A stretch of 49,241 nt of DNA from Myxococcota bacterium (GCA_039208735.1 JBCCQY010000055.1:1-49241); one strand, 5' to 3'; shown: positions 18,041 through 27,412, numbered from the stretch's first letter. Program-made: numbers and translations. Notes: generated by a model not told the origin, from the sequence alone.

Positions 18041-20375
18041 TTTCAGCCGGAACCGCGGTCTACGAAACGACTCGACATCTGGCGTGCGTTTCCTGCATGG
18101 CCGTAGCCTGCTCGATTCGAACCTGAACGAGCAACTCGACATCGCCCTTGCGGATCGGCGAGCCGGGCGGTCTGACATCATTGGCGCGTTCGGCATTCCG
18201 CTGGCCGCTGATCTCGGCGTTCAGCTCCAAGGGACCTCGCTTGTCGTGCAGGGAGGAACGGCGTACGTCGCGGGGCGTCGGGTGATCGTCCCACCCGCCA
18301 CGATCGACATCACGCCGCAGCTCCGAAGTCGGTTTGCGGTGCGCCTCGCGGTTGACCTTGTCGTGCGAGAGAGGTCCGTCACTGAACTCGATGAACCTTC
18401 TTTGGTCGAGCCCGCCCTGCTTGGGGTGGACCATTCGGTTCGCCAACGCCTGGTTGCGGAGGTGCGGGTTCGACAGGCCACCGAGTCGGTGTGCCAAGGC
18501 GTTCGCCGGGTACAGTCCCCTTTGCGAATGCGGCCCCTTCTCGAAGCGGGCAACGCTTACGCGGGGCCCTGCCAGATTCCGGATGCGGTGGGCTACCGAG
18601 GACTCGACCATGTCCATGTCCGGCTTGAGGTGCACCGCATCGACGACGAGGGCATCTGGGTCAAATGGGACCGCGACAACGGGTCGGTGGAGCTTGAAGC
18701 CCTAGGTCTCGTGGAGGCTCAGGGGGGGCAGCTTTTGCTCGTGGGCCCCCTGGACCCCGCCCGAGCGCTCGAGCAGCTCGAATCTGGCGACCTCCTCGAG
18801 ATCGAGGGGTTTGGGTTGGTTCAAGTGGCGGGAACCGACGCGGAGTCCCGGGGCTTGCTCGTGGGGCGACGGGGAAATGAACCCTTCTTTAGTCCCACCG
18901 ACTTTCCGGGCACCGCGCTGCGATTGCGACGGTGGCAGGGCCTAGCATTGGTACAACTCGGTCAGCCGTTTCCGCTCTTCGAAGGACTGTCCGCCGAAAT
19001 CACGGAAGGTCCCTTGCCTCCGGGTACGACGGCTCCCTCCGACTATCGAGGGACAGCGTGGAGCTTTGTTGCCCGTGCCGCGGTGGACGGGGCGGGGTGG
19101 GGAACCATCGGACAACCCCTTCACGAGTCCGCCGAGGCACCGGACCACTTCGTGGTCGGACTGGCTGTCTTCGATGCTCCCGCGCTTGGCGGGGCCCCTC
19201 GCGACTGTCGGAAGCGCTTTCCCCCGCTGACCCTTCGACCGAACAACGATGGCTGCGCCACCTTCGTTGTCGAGCCCGAGACCTGGCTCGCCACCCTCTC
19301 TGGGCTTCAGCCCGGCCGTGACGTCCACATCTGCTTTCGGCGAGGAGTGTACGAAACCGAGCGGCCGGTCGAACTTCGCGGTCTGGGCCATCTCGTGCTT
19401 TCGGGGTGCGGGCCCGCCACCCGCATTATCGGTCGGGGAGCGGAAACCGTGTTGCGCTTGGTCGACTGTGACAGTGTCCGCGTGGAGGCGTTGGCGATCG
19501 AGGCGCTTGAATCGGCGTCGCGCCCCGGCGTCGCAGGTACGTTGACGCTGCTGCGGTGCGGCCGGATGGACGTGCGACGGTGCCGACTCACCGCGGCCTC
19601 GTTGGTGCGTCGCAATGGCCACGGACTGCTCGTCGACAACCGTGATCTGACCCGACATCCACAGCGCGCATCCCTCGTGGTGTCGAACTGCGACGTCGCG
19701 ATCCCGCACGCTCAGACGGGGATCGACGTGCGAAACGTGGCTCATGTCCGCATTGAACACAACACCTTGCTCGCTACGGGGTCAGCCACGCTCGAGGACG
19801 GGACGAGGGCCTCCGGGTTCGCCAGCCAAGGCATCTCGGTTCTGGGAAGCGGTCTCCTCCATGTTGACGTCCGGAGCAATCGCATCGAGGCGGTCGAGCA
19901 AGGAATCGCCATCGATCCTGAATTCGCTGATGACATTGGCCGAACCGTGGTTCGCGTTGAAGACAATGCGGTCTCGATCGTCACCACGCAGTTTCTCGAC
20001 GAGCGGACGGCGCGACCGGGCATTCAGATCGGCAGTGCCGAACGCACGGTGATCCGCCGCAATGAGGTGTTTCCCGTCACTCCCTCCGGCTGGCCAGAAT
20101 CCCGAGGCGACTTTGGGTTCAGTGAAGGCATTTTGGTGGAGGGGCGCTTTGGGCCGGTGATTCGCTTGTGCCAAAACTCGGTCGCGGGAGCAAGGTTCGG
20201 CGTTCGAGCCTCGGTCGTTAGCCAGGCATCCCCCGCGCAACGGATGTATCGAACGACTGGCAACCTCCTCATCGACGGAGAACGCTGCTACCTCCATGAA
20301 GAGTACGACGCATCGCTCACGCTTCGTGACGCCACCTTCTGGGTGCACCAAAATGCGCCGGCGGTGACGCGATGA
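18030..20375 (+). CDS. DUF6519-domain putative tail fibre 2 (tandem paralogue)
   Basis: Same MKGDFSR...LNEQLDIAL, KWDRDN and DCRKRFPPL motifs and the same C-terminal GPVIRLC..RMYRTTGNLL..CY as the preceding gene. Confidence 0.8.
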   Translation: MKGDFSRNRGLRNDSTSGVRFLHGRSLLDSNLNEQLDIALADRRAGRSDIIGAFGIPLAADLGVQLQGTSLVVQGGTAYVAGRRVIVPPATIDITPQLRSRFAVRLAVDLVVRERSVTELDEPSLVEPALLGVDHSVRQRLVAEVRVRQATESVCQGVRRVQSPLRMRPLLEAGNAYAGPCQIPDAVGYRGLDHVHVRLEVHRIDDEGIWVKWDRDNGSVELEALGLVEAQGGQLLLVGPLDPARALEQLESGDLLEIEGFGLVQVAGTDAESRGLLVGRRGNEPFFSPTDFPGTALRLRRWQGLALVQLGQPFPLFEGLSAEITEGPLPPGTTAPSDYRGTAWSFVARAAVDGAGWGTIGQPLHESAEAPDHFVVGLAVFDAPALGGAPRDCRKRFPPLTLRPNNDGCATFVVEPETWLATLSGLQPGRDVHICFRRGVYETERPVELRGLGHLVLSGCGPATRIIGRGAETVLRLVDCDSVRVEALAIEALESASRPGVAGTLTLLRCGRMDVRRCRLTAASLVRRNGHGLLVDNRDLTRHPQRASLVVSNCDVAIPHAQTGIDVRNVAHVRIEHNTLLATGSATLEDGTRASGFASQGISVLGSGLLHVDVRSNRIEAVEQGIAIDPEFADDIGRTVVRVEDNAVSIVTTQFLDERTARPGIQIGSAERTVIRRNEVFPVTPSGWPESRGDFGFSEGILVEGRFGPVIRLCQNSVAGARFGVRASVVSQASPAQRMYRTTGNLLIDGERCYLHEEYDASLTLRDATFWVHQNAPAVTR

Positions 20376-23300
20376 ACCGCACTCGAACCCTCGAGATCGC
20401 GCCACCACGGGCGACGGCGGAGCGTGAGGCTCAATACCACGCCGCCCGAGGCTCGCTTCCGTCACAGCTGGATCTGTCTCGAGTGCGGGTGCACTCGGAT
20501 GACCAAGCCCGGGCCGCCACCAAGGCTCTTGGGGCCACGGCGTTTGCCCATGAAGGGTCGATCGTGTTGGGGCCTGACGCGACTTCGTCGGATGGCAGCC
20601 CCAAGACGGACATCCTGCGGCACGAACTCGTGCATGTTGCGCAGTTCCAGCGCGCTCCCTCCGCCCATCCGTCCATGGTGTTTCGCGATGCGAAGGCCGG
20701 CAAGGAGGAACTCACCAAGCAGGACGACGTCAAGGTCATCCGAGACGGGAACTTCCTTCGGGTGGTCAAGTTCAACGGAACAACGATGATCGGCATCGCC
20801 GAGATTCCCATTCCAGGAGGACGCCGCATTGAGCCCGGTGACGTCGTGGTGGAGTCCAACCAGGATGTCGCGAATAAAGGCACGGGAACGTCGAAGGGAC
20901 TGACCACAGTCATCGATGCAGGCGACACCCACGTCTTCCTCAAGGGCGGCCTGGCGCCTCGTATGAATCAGGCCTCTGGTGCAAAGCAACGGGGCTTCGT
21001 ACGACGAGATCAGGACCTTTCGGACGAGGACCGCCAAGACCTAAGTCCTCGCGAGTGGGACGCCATTGTTCGAGGCGAAGTGGCCATCGACAACCGCGAG
21101 CGGATCGAGCGGGTCTTTAGCCAAGAAGCGTTTGGGGACCGCAAAGATGCCAAGACGTTGTTGGAGAACCTCGATGCGTACTCCGACGACCAACTGGACG
21201 CGATTGTGTCCCGCCCAGATTTCAGGGACCTCGAGAAGCTGGCTGCAGAGGAGGAGTGGTACGAAGCCGAAGCGCAACGACGGACTCAGGCGTTTGGGTT
21301 TTACGTCAGCCCCCAGGAGATTCGCGATCAGGTCGGGGAACAACGCCGGATGGCCCGCATCCAGTCCGACGTCGGTTCTCAGGCCTCCATGGTGGATGTC
21401 AAGGAAATTCCTGGTCAAGGCGGGAAGCGGCGGTTTCGGGCCAAGGTCTTCACTGCGTCTAAGGAGGTGGTGGAGCGGATTTACGACGAGGACGGTTTCG
21501 TCGTCGATACGACTCCGTCGGCTGAACGGTCAGGCGACGACCTCCTGCAGGTTCAGATTGCGCGGGACATTCGCTCCGGCCGGATCGACAAAGCACGGGC
21601 GGCCCTCGAAGAGGAGGGGTGGGACGCAGACTTCATCAGCGAGACAATGCGTCACTTGTCCGATGGCGATCTGCGCAAGATTGCCCTCAATGCAGATGGC
21701 AAACGAAACCCGAAGGGCGCAAGCCTGATTCGCGATCTCAACGATGGCATTACCGGATTTGGGCCGTTCGCCGGAGATATTGAAGAGCAACGTCAGCGGC
21801 TTGTTGCGGCCCAAAACTTCTTTGTCACGGACGAAGACCGGAAAGCCTTCGAGGAAAAGAAGGCGAAGGGCAAAGCGAGGGTGGTGCCGGTCAAGATCAG
21901 CGGCTTGGATCAAAGCCATCTTGCGGCGGAGGCGCAAGGCAATTCCGTGTATGTGAAGCTGGCTTTGCACGGTGCGACGGCCGACCACATCAAGGAGCAT
22001 GGTGCAGATGGCGTGTACGACTTTCTCGGCGGCGTCACCATGGCGCCGAATGAACTCGTGGAAGTGCGGATCTACGAAAATGGGAAAATCACGTCGAAAG
22101 TGCTGCCTGCCTCGGCGCTGATCGGCATTTCGAACAAGATTGGCAAGGAACGACTCATGAATGTGGCCACCGTCGTTGGAACGGCGGTCACGTTCGGAGG
22201 AGGCTCGGCGGCCGCAGGGACGGGATGGCTAAGCCGCACGTCGGTGATGCTCGACCGAGCCGATACCGTGCTGACCTTCGCCGACGAGGCCCTAAAGACC
22301 ACGGCCGGCTCGGAACTCACCGAAGGTACCGGCATCAAGGAGGCGGTCTCGAACGCCCAAACGGTCACCGGATTCGCTTCGCTTGGTCTGTCCGCGAAGG
22401 ACTTGACCACCGCAAGTGTCGGTGCGGTCAAAAAGCGACTTGCCAAGCGTCGTCGTCCGCTGAAGGCCCCGGATGTGAAGGCCCCGAATGCTTCTCGTCC
22501 CATCATCCCGCCGGCCCGGCCTCCGCCAGCCCTGGACGCACCCGCGGGTTTAGGCAAACGAGTTCCCCTGAAGGGGGAGACCATTCCGGACAGCAAGTTT
22601 CCCACCCCTCCGAGCGGCGTGGACGGTGCAGCAAGCGGTCTGTCGGCCCGAGTGGCCGATAGCTCACGACTTGATGTGATCAGCCCCCAACAGGCCTTCG
22701 ACGAGCTTCGGTACGTTCGCGAAAAGCAGTTGCTCATTGGCAGGCCAGGCAAGCGAAGCGCGCGCCTGGGAGACCACACCTGGTACGAAGGCGTCGGGAA
22801 GTGGTGCCGCCACTCGACGAAGACGTGCCTCGATGTTGACGGCAACGTGTACCGGAACGACCAGCCTCTCCCCGGACCGGCCTTTGCCGATCCTTCGAAG
22901 GGAGGGATGCGCACGAAGGAATTTAAGCGCTCCTTTGAGCAACACCAGCGCAACATTCGCGGCCTCGAGGAGAAGCTCGCGACGGCGAAGAAGGAACTCG
23001 AAGAGTACCGAGCGCTCCGCAAAGGGGAGACCGGAGCCCTCGCCAAGGAGGCGGGAGACCTCGTTCGAGACAGTCGCCGCAACGTTGGCAAGCTCGAGGC
23101 CGACCTCGCCGCGCAGCGTATCGAGGCGCTGAAAGTCGAGATCAAGGCTCTCGATCAGGACCTGGCGGTTCTCAAGCAAAAGGGAAAACCCGGATATGCA
23201 GTCCAGGACAAGCTCAACGAGGCCGAAACGGCCCTCGGCAAAGCTCGCCTGGACAAAGAGCAAGCACTGCGGGACATGGATGCGCCCGACGGCATCGTGA

Positions 23301-23863
23301 CCGCGAAGAAGGGCACCCCCACAACCGTCGATGTCGCAGGGCTCAACAAGCCCGCGGCCGCCAAGCACATTGCCAAAGCCCGGAAACAAGGTCTGGCCCA
23401 CGCGGCCGAGCTGCAGAGTGCGCGGAACGCCCCGACCAAGGAACTCGCGGAAGCGGCGCGAACCCGTGCCCGCACCCTTGCGGAAACGATGGCCGAAGAA
23501 TCCGCGCTCGCCTTCGGGCAGCAAAAGGGATGGACATTGATTGGCAACGGGCGAGGGCGGGACTCGTTTGACCTCGTGTTCGAGAATCCGTCGACCCGCG
23601 AGATCATCATTATCGAGGCCAAGGGAGCGGGTGGTGAACTCAATTGGCGTTGGGACGACTCGGGCACCATTCGTGTGCAACAGGGCACCCGTCGCTACCT
23701 TGAGGTCGTGGGGCGGAGCGTCGCCAAGAGAGACCCGACCTTGGGGACGAAGATCACGAGCGCACTCGCAGGCAATCGAAAGTTCCGCTACATCGAGATT
23801 CGCCAACCGGTCGACTCGAGTGGGAAGCTAGGCCGTCTGGAGGTGCGAGACTTCAAGTTGTGA
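20372..23863 (+). CDS. DUF4157 (eCIS core domain) protein with C-terminal PD-(D/E)xK-like nuclease; putative eCIS cargo toxin
   Basis: N-terminal DLSRVRVHSD...LGATAFAHEGSIVLG...ILRHELVHVAQ (DUF4157, HExxH at 20621-20635). C-terminal MAEESA...SFDLVFE...IIIIEAKG...QQGTRRYL. ATGA-coupled to fibre 2. Confidence 0.82.
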   Translation: MNRTRTLEIAPPRATAEREAQYHAARGSLPSQLDLSRVRVHSDDQARAATKALGATAFAHEGSIVLGPDATSSDGSPKTDILRHELVHVAQFQRAPSAHPSMVFRDAKAGKEELTKQDDVKVIRDGNFLRVVKFNGTTMIGIAEIPIPGGRRIEPGDVVVESNQDVANKGTGTSKGLTTVIDAGDTHVFLKGGLAPRMNQASGAKQRGFVRRDQDLSDEDRQDLSPREWDAIVRGEVAIDNRERIERVFSQEAFGDRKDAKTLLENLDAYSDDQLDAIVSRPDFRDLEKLAAEEEWYEAEAQRRTQAFGFYVSPQEIRDQVGEQRRMARIQSDVGSQASMVDVKEIPGQGGKRRFRAKVFTASKEVVERIYDEDGFVVDTTPSAERSGDDLLQVQIARDIRSGRIDKARAALEEEGWDADFISETMRHLSDGDLRKIALNADGKRNPKGASLIRDLNDGITGFGPFAGDIEEQRQRLVAAQNFFVTDEDRKAFEEKKAKGKARVVPVKISGLDQSHLAAEAQGNSVYVKLALHGATADHIKEHGADGVYDFLGGVTMAPNELVEVRIYENGKITSKVLPASALIGISNKIGKERLMNVATVVGTAVTFGGGSAAAGTGWLSRTSVMLDRADTVLTFADEALKTTAGSELTEGTGIKEAVSNAQTVTGFASLGLSAKDLTTASVGAVKKRLAKRRRPLKAPDVKAPNASRPIIPPARPPPALDAPAGLGKRVPLKGETIPDSKFPTPPSGVDGAASGLSARVADSSRLDVISPQQAFDELRYVREKQLLIGRPGKRSARLGDHTWYEGVGKWCRHSTKTCLDVDGNVYRNDQPLPGPAFADPSKGGMRTKEFKRSFEQHQRNIRGLEEKLATAKKELEEYRALRKGETGALAKEAGDLVRDSRRNVGKLEADLAAQRIEALKVEIKALDQDLAVLKQKGKPGYAVQDKLNEAETALGKARLDKEQALRDMDAPDGIVTAKKGTPTTVDVAGLNKPAAAKHIAKARKQGLAHAAELQSARNAPTKELAEAARTRARTLAETMAEESALAFGQQKGWTLIGNGRGRDSFDLVFENPSTREIIIIEAKGAGGELNWRWDDSGTIRVQQGTRRYLEVVGRSVAKRDPTLGTKITSALAGNRKFRYIEIRQPVDSSGKLGRLEVRDFKL

Positions 23864-23911
23864 CCCCGATGCAGGAAATCGAGGCCGCTCAAAGGACATG
23901 CAAGGTGTGGG

Positions 23912-26900
23912 TTAAGGCCCGCAGCCCACGACGTCGCCGTCCAGATTGTTCGCGTAGGTGTTGTTTCCTAGGGTGGGGCTAATTCCCGTCGGACACGAAA
24001 TACCGTCGCCGGAACTGTGCTGGATGGTGGAGTCGACAATCGTCGTGGAGCTCGATCGGACGTGCAAGTTGGACCCACCGTTGGCACCGCCGTATTCGAC
24101 GACACTGTCGCGGATCACCGAGACGCTGGTTCCGGCTCCGATTTGGATTCCGTACCAATCGCCGGGCTGCGGTGAGGGGTGCGAACTCGTGAACGTGGTG
24201 TCTTCGGCAATCAGTTCACCGTAGTCGCTTTCGCCCACCGACATTCCAGCCCCACTGTCAAAGCGGACCTCCGCGTCGCGAATCGTCAGTTCGCTCGGCG
24301 ACCCAAAGGGTCCCTCCACCCGGAGGTAGCCATTGACCAGGTACGGCACGCCGATGTCCTCCCATACGATCGACTGTGTCAGCGTGCCGCCGATAACCTG
24401 GACCTCGTCGAAGGTGCTCGACGCACTCGAGTACGTCGAACCTCCCGCCACCGACTCGAGGCCTCCCGAAGCTTCGATGTGCAAAACCACCGGGAAACGA
24501 TCATGGTCGACGATGGCACTGTTCTCGACGGTGAGTCGGTGATCGATGTTGCTGACCAGGTAGACGCCATAGCCGTCGAAGCTGTCCGTGCTTGCGGCTC
24601 GGCGAATGGTGCAATCCCGAATCGTGAGATCGATCGCTCCAGCCGCTACGTAGATGCCGTAGGAGTCAGTGTCTTCGATGAGACAGTCTTCCACCGAGAG
24701 CGTCGCTGTGCCCTGAACGAACAATCCTCCAGGACGGATGCGATTGCTTCCGGCGTTGCGGATTGTGAACCCGGACAGGGCCGTCGTGCTAGAAATCCCG
24801 GGCAATAGTTGCAACCCCTCCCAGCCGATCGGTCCCGGAATCTGACCTGGGGTCGGCAGCGGAATGTACGCGTCCAGAACGACTCCGCTCCCCGTGGTGC
24901 GGTTCCCGGCAATCACGAGATCACCAGGGCCGGAACCTGCGATGCGAAGGCTCTGTCCATAAAGAAACTGCAGCTCGACCCCATCCGCCAAGGTCAACAC
25001 CGGGGTGACCCCCAGCTCCGTGGAGTACACCGATACGTCTCCAGTGACGGCGTAGGGCTCGCCCAAGTCGACCCAGTCTACGCTCTCGTCGATCTGTCCT
25101 CCACTCACCACAATGGGGCTCCCGGTGAACGTCGATGTGGGATCGAGCATATGGACAGAGCCGGCGGGCAAGAACACTTGGGCGTCGAGGTTGTCGGTCA
25201 CCGTGCAATGGGTGAGCGGCGCGGAAAGGGACGCTCCCCGGTCGAGAAATAGCCCAGCGACTGTATTGTAGCGAAACGAGCTGCCGTCGATGTCGAGGGG
25301 AGTACCGTAGGCCGCCAGGCCGGTCGAGTTGTTGAGTGCCTCGAAGTCGCGGAGGACCAGGGGGTCGGTCATGTACGTGGCGAGTCCGACTCTCGCTTGC
25401 TGGATGGTCAGATTCTCAAGGTGCGTCGCGTTCGTCGCACGCGGACCCAACTCCAGGCCCAACCACGGTGTTGTTGGGTCGGTTGCGGACATCGTGACCG
25501 TGCTGCTTCCGTCTGTGACCAGGGCGCCTTCGAACGAATCGCTCACGTAGAACCCGACATCGGCGTCGAATAGGAGTTCCAAGCCGCCCTCCAGGGTGAG
25601 CACGGGCGGCACGGCGAAGTCCTGAACGTAGAGATTGCCCGTGAAGCGCACCGGAACGCCGACCGGGTGCCAGGTCGCGTCCTCGTCGACTGTGCCTCCC
25701 GGCACCACCACTTCGTCCGCGACGTTGCCCGTCAGCACGTTGTTCGCGGCCACCGAGGGAAGATCGCCCAAGCCGACGCGCATCGGCGCACCGTTGCCCG
25801 TCGCGACATTGTCGGCAAAGCTTTCAGGCACTCCATCGAAGCAATCTCCGAAGATGCAGTTCACCCCGAAAAGCGCGTTGTCGGTGAAGCGGGAGTCGGT
25901 CACCGTCACATTGGACGACTGCATCCATAGGCCGTCCCGTGCGCTGTCATGGACGTCGAGGTGGTCGAGATGCAGGTTTAGGGAGGGGTTGCTGATGTAC
26001 ACCGCACCCGGCAACGCGGCGTTGCCGCCCGCGTAGGCGACTTCGAGATGGGACAGGGCACTGAAGTCGCTGTACTGCGAGATGCGCAGCCCGTGCCAGT
26101 CCCCCGGTTGTGGGACGTCCTGGCTCGACGTCATCACGACGGGGAGGGCGGCTGTACCGAGCACCTCGACGTCGCCCGAGTCGGCCCATCCGACGTACAT
26201 CGAGGTTCCGGGCTCGAAGGCGATGTGGGCACCCGCCAAGATGGTGAGGAGCGGCGACGCGTCGCCCTGAACAAAGATGTCGCAGGCCACGAGATGCCCG
26301 TCGGGATTCGCATCCCAGCGCTCATCGGCTCCGATGGTCCCACAGTGGATCTGTGGACACGCCTCGTCGATGGCCCCGTCGCAGTCATTGTCGAGGCCTT
26401 CCGCGACGGTTCCGTCGAGACACTGCTCGGGGGCCCCCGGGTAGGTCAGTCCATCGTCGTCGGCACAGTCGCCGTCGCGAGGGGCGTAGTTCGACGCAGG
26501 GGCCGCGCACTGGAAGAACTCGGCCATGCCGGTGCCGAATCCATCACGATCGCTGTCGCGGTACCAGGCGGTGTTGGGGTTGACGTCGTCGTCTCCGTCG
26601 TCACAGTCCGTGTCGTCGTCGACGAAGCCCAGAGGAGCGTTGCAGGCGTAGGCAAACGTGGTGGAGTCCCCAAACCCATCGCCGTCGGCGTCAGCGAACC
26701 AGAGCAGCGCATCTTGCGCATCCTCGTCGACCATGCCGTCGCAGTCGGTGTCGATGCCATCACAGAACTCGGCGGCTCCAGGGGCGGTCGCGGCCCGGCT
26801 GTCGTCACAGTCGCCCCCGCCAAACACGTACGCATCAGGCTGCTCGCAGGCCCGCAGCGGATTCGCAGAGTCTCCGAAGCCGTCTCCGTCGGTGTCGGGG

Positions 26901-27412
26901 TACCACGTCACGGCGTCGGTGGCGTCGGCTACCGGGTCGCCGTCACAGTTCCGATCGACGTCGTCGCACTGTTCGAACGCCCCGGGTGAGATGTCGCCTC
27001 GAGTGTCGTCGCAGTCCCCGCCCGTTGCCACGTGGTTGTCGGGCGCTTCGCAGGCCACGGTGGCCGAGGTGTCCGTGCCGAAGCCGTCGCCATCGGCATC
27101 GAAGAACCAAGGGGTGCCGTCCAACGCATTGTCATCGTCGAGGGTGCCGTCGCAATCCGTGTCGATGCCGTCGCAGAACTCATCGGCACCGGGAAACACG
27201 TCGCTGTCGTTGTCGTTGCAATCGAGCGCCACCGTGACCCAGCCATCGTCGGGTTTGCATCCGTCGACCATCACGTTCGGGTCGCCGAACCCATCTCCGT
27301 CTCCGTCGACGTACCAGGCCCCTTCCTCGGAGGGGTCGCAGGGTCCCCCGCCAGAGCCGACCGTGCAGGCGGCTAGGTACAGGCTCCCAATAGAAATGGC
27401 GAAGCGGCGCAT
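23912..27412 (-). CDS. Large lipoprotein with MopE-type putative metal-binding repeats and tandem beta-helix modules
   Basis: Start set at ATG 27412 (GGAGAAGG RBS), giving MRRFAISIGSLYLAAC lipobox. Five W-x-x-D-x-D-[GR]-DGFG repeats with DCDD...PGA.E.CDG.D.DCDG, then four PGDW/beta-helix modules. Confidence 0.85.
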   Translation of the reverse strand: MRRFAISIGSLYLAACTVGSGGGPCDPSEEGAWYVDGDGDGFGDPNVMVDGCKPDDGWVTVALDCNDNDSDVFPGADEFCDGIDTDCDGTLDDDNALDGTPWFFDADGDGFGTDTSATVACEAPDNHVATGGDCDDTRGDISPGAFEQCDDVDRNCDGDPVADATDAVTWYPDTDGDGFGDSANPLRACEQPDAYVFGGGDCDDSRAATAPGAAEFCDGIDTDCDGMVDEDAQDALLWFADADGDGFGDSTTFAYACNAPLGFVDDDTDCDDGDDDVNPNTAWYRDSDRDGFGTGMAEFFQCAAPASNYAPRDGDCADDDGLTYPGAPEQCLDGTVAEGLDNDCDGAIDEACPQIHCGTIGADERWDANPDGHLVACDIFVQGDASPLLTILAGAHIAFEPGTSMYVGWADSGDVEVLGTAALPVVMTSSQDVPQPGDWHGLRISQYSDFSALSHLEVAYAGGNAALPGAVYISNPSLNLHLDHLDVHDSARDGLWMQSSNVTVTDSRFTDNALFGVNCIFGDCFDGVPESFADNVATGNGAPMRVGLGDLPSVAANNVLTGNVADEVVVPGGTVDEDATWHPVGVPVRFTGNLYVQDFAVPPVLTLEGGLELLFDADVGFYVSDSFEGALVTDGSSTVTMSATDPTTPWLGLELGPRATNATHLENLTIQQARVGLATYMTDPLVLRDFEALNNSTGLAAYGTPLDIDGSSFRYNTVAGLFLDRGASLSAPLTHCTVTDNLDAQVFLPAGSVHMLDPTSTFTGSPIVVSGGQIDESVDWVDLGEPYAVTGDVSVYSTELGVTPVLTLADGVELQFLYGQSLRIAGSGPGDLVIAGNRTTGSGVVLDAYIPLPTPGQIPGPIGWEGLQLLPGISSTTALSGFTIRNAGSNRIRPGGLFVQGTATLSVEDCLIEDTDSYGIYVAAGAIDLTIRDCTIRRAASTDSFDGYGVYLVSNIDHRLTVENSAIVDHDRFPVVLHIEASGGLESVAGGSTYSSASSTFDEVQVIGGTLTQSIVWEDIGVPYLVNGYLRVEGPFGSPSELTIRDAEVRFDSGAGMSVGESDYGELIAEDTTFTSSHPSPQPGDWYGIQIGAGTSVSVIRDSVVEYGGANGGSNLHVRSSSTTIVDSTIQHSSGDGISCPTGISPTLGNNTYANNLDGDVVGCGP

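Noticed and set aside
2..23863. Prophage or T6SS interpretation of the tail genes
   Set aside because: No capsid, portal, terminase, integrase, lysis or TssJ/L/M/K/ClpV genes seen, while DUF4255, the Afp15-type ATPase and DUF4157 point to eCIS. The region upstream of base 1 cannot be seen.
23864..23911. Immunity gene or intrinsic terminator after the toxin
   Set aside because: Only 48 bp, with no ORF and no clear stem plus U-tract. The + strand ORFs at 23958-24808 are antisense shadows of the MopE-repeat gene.
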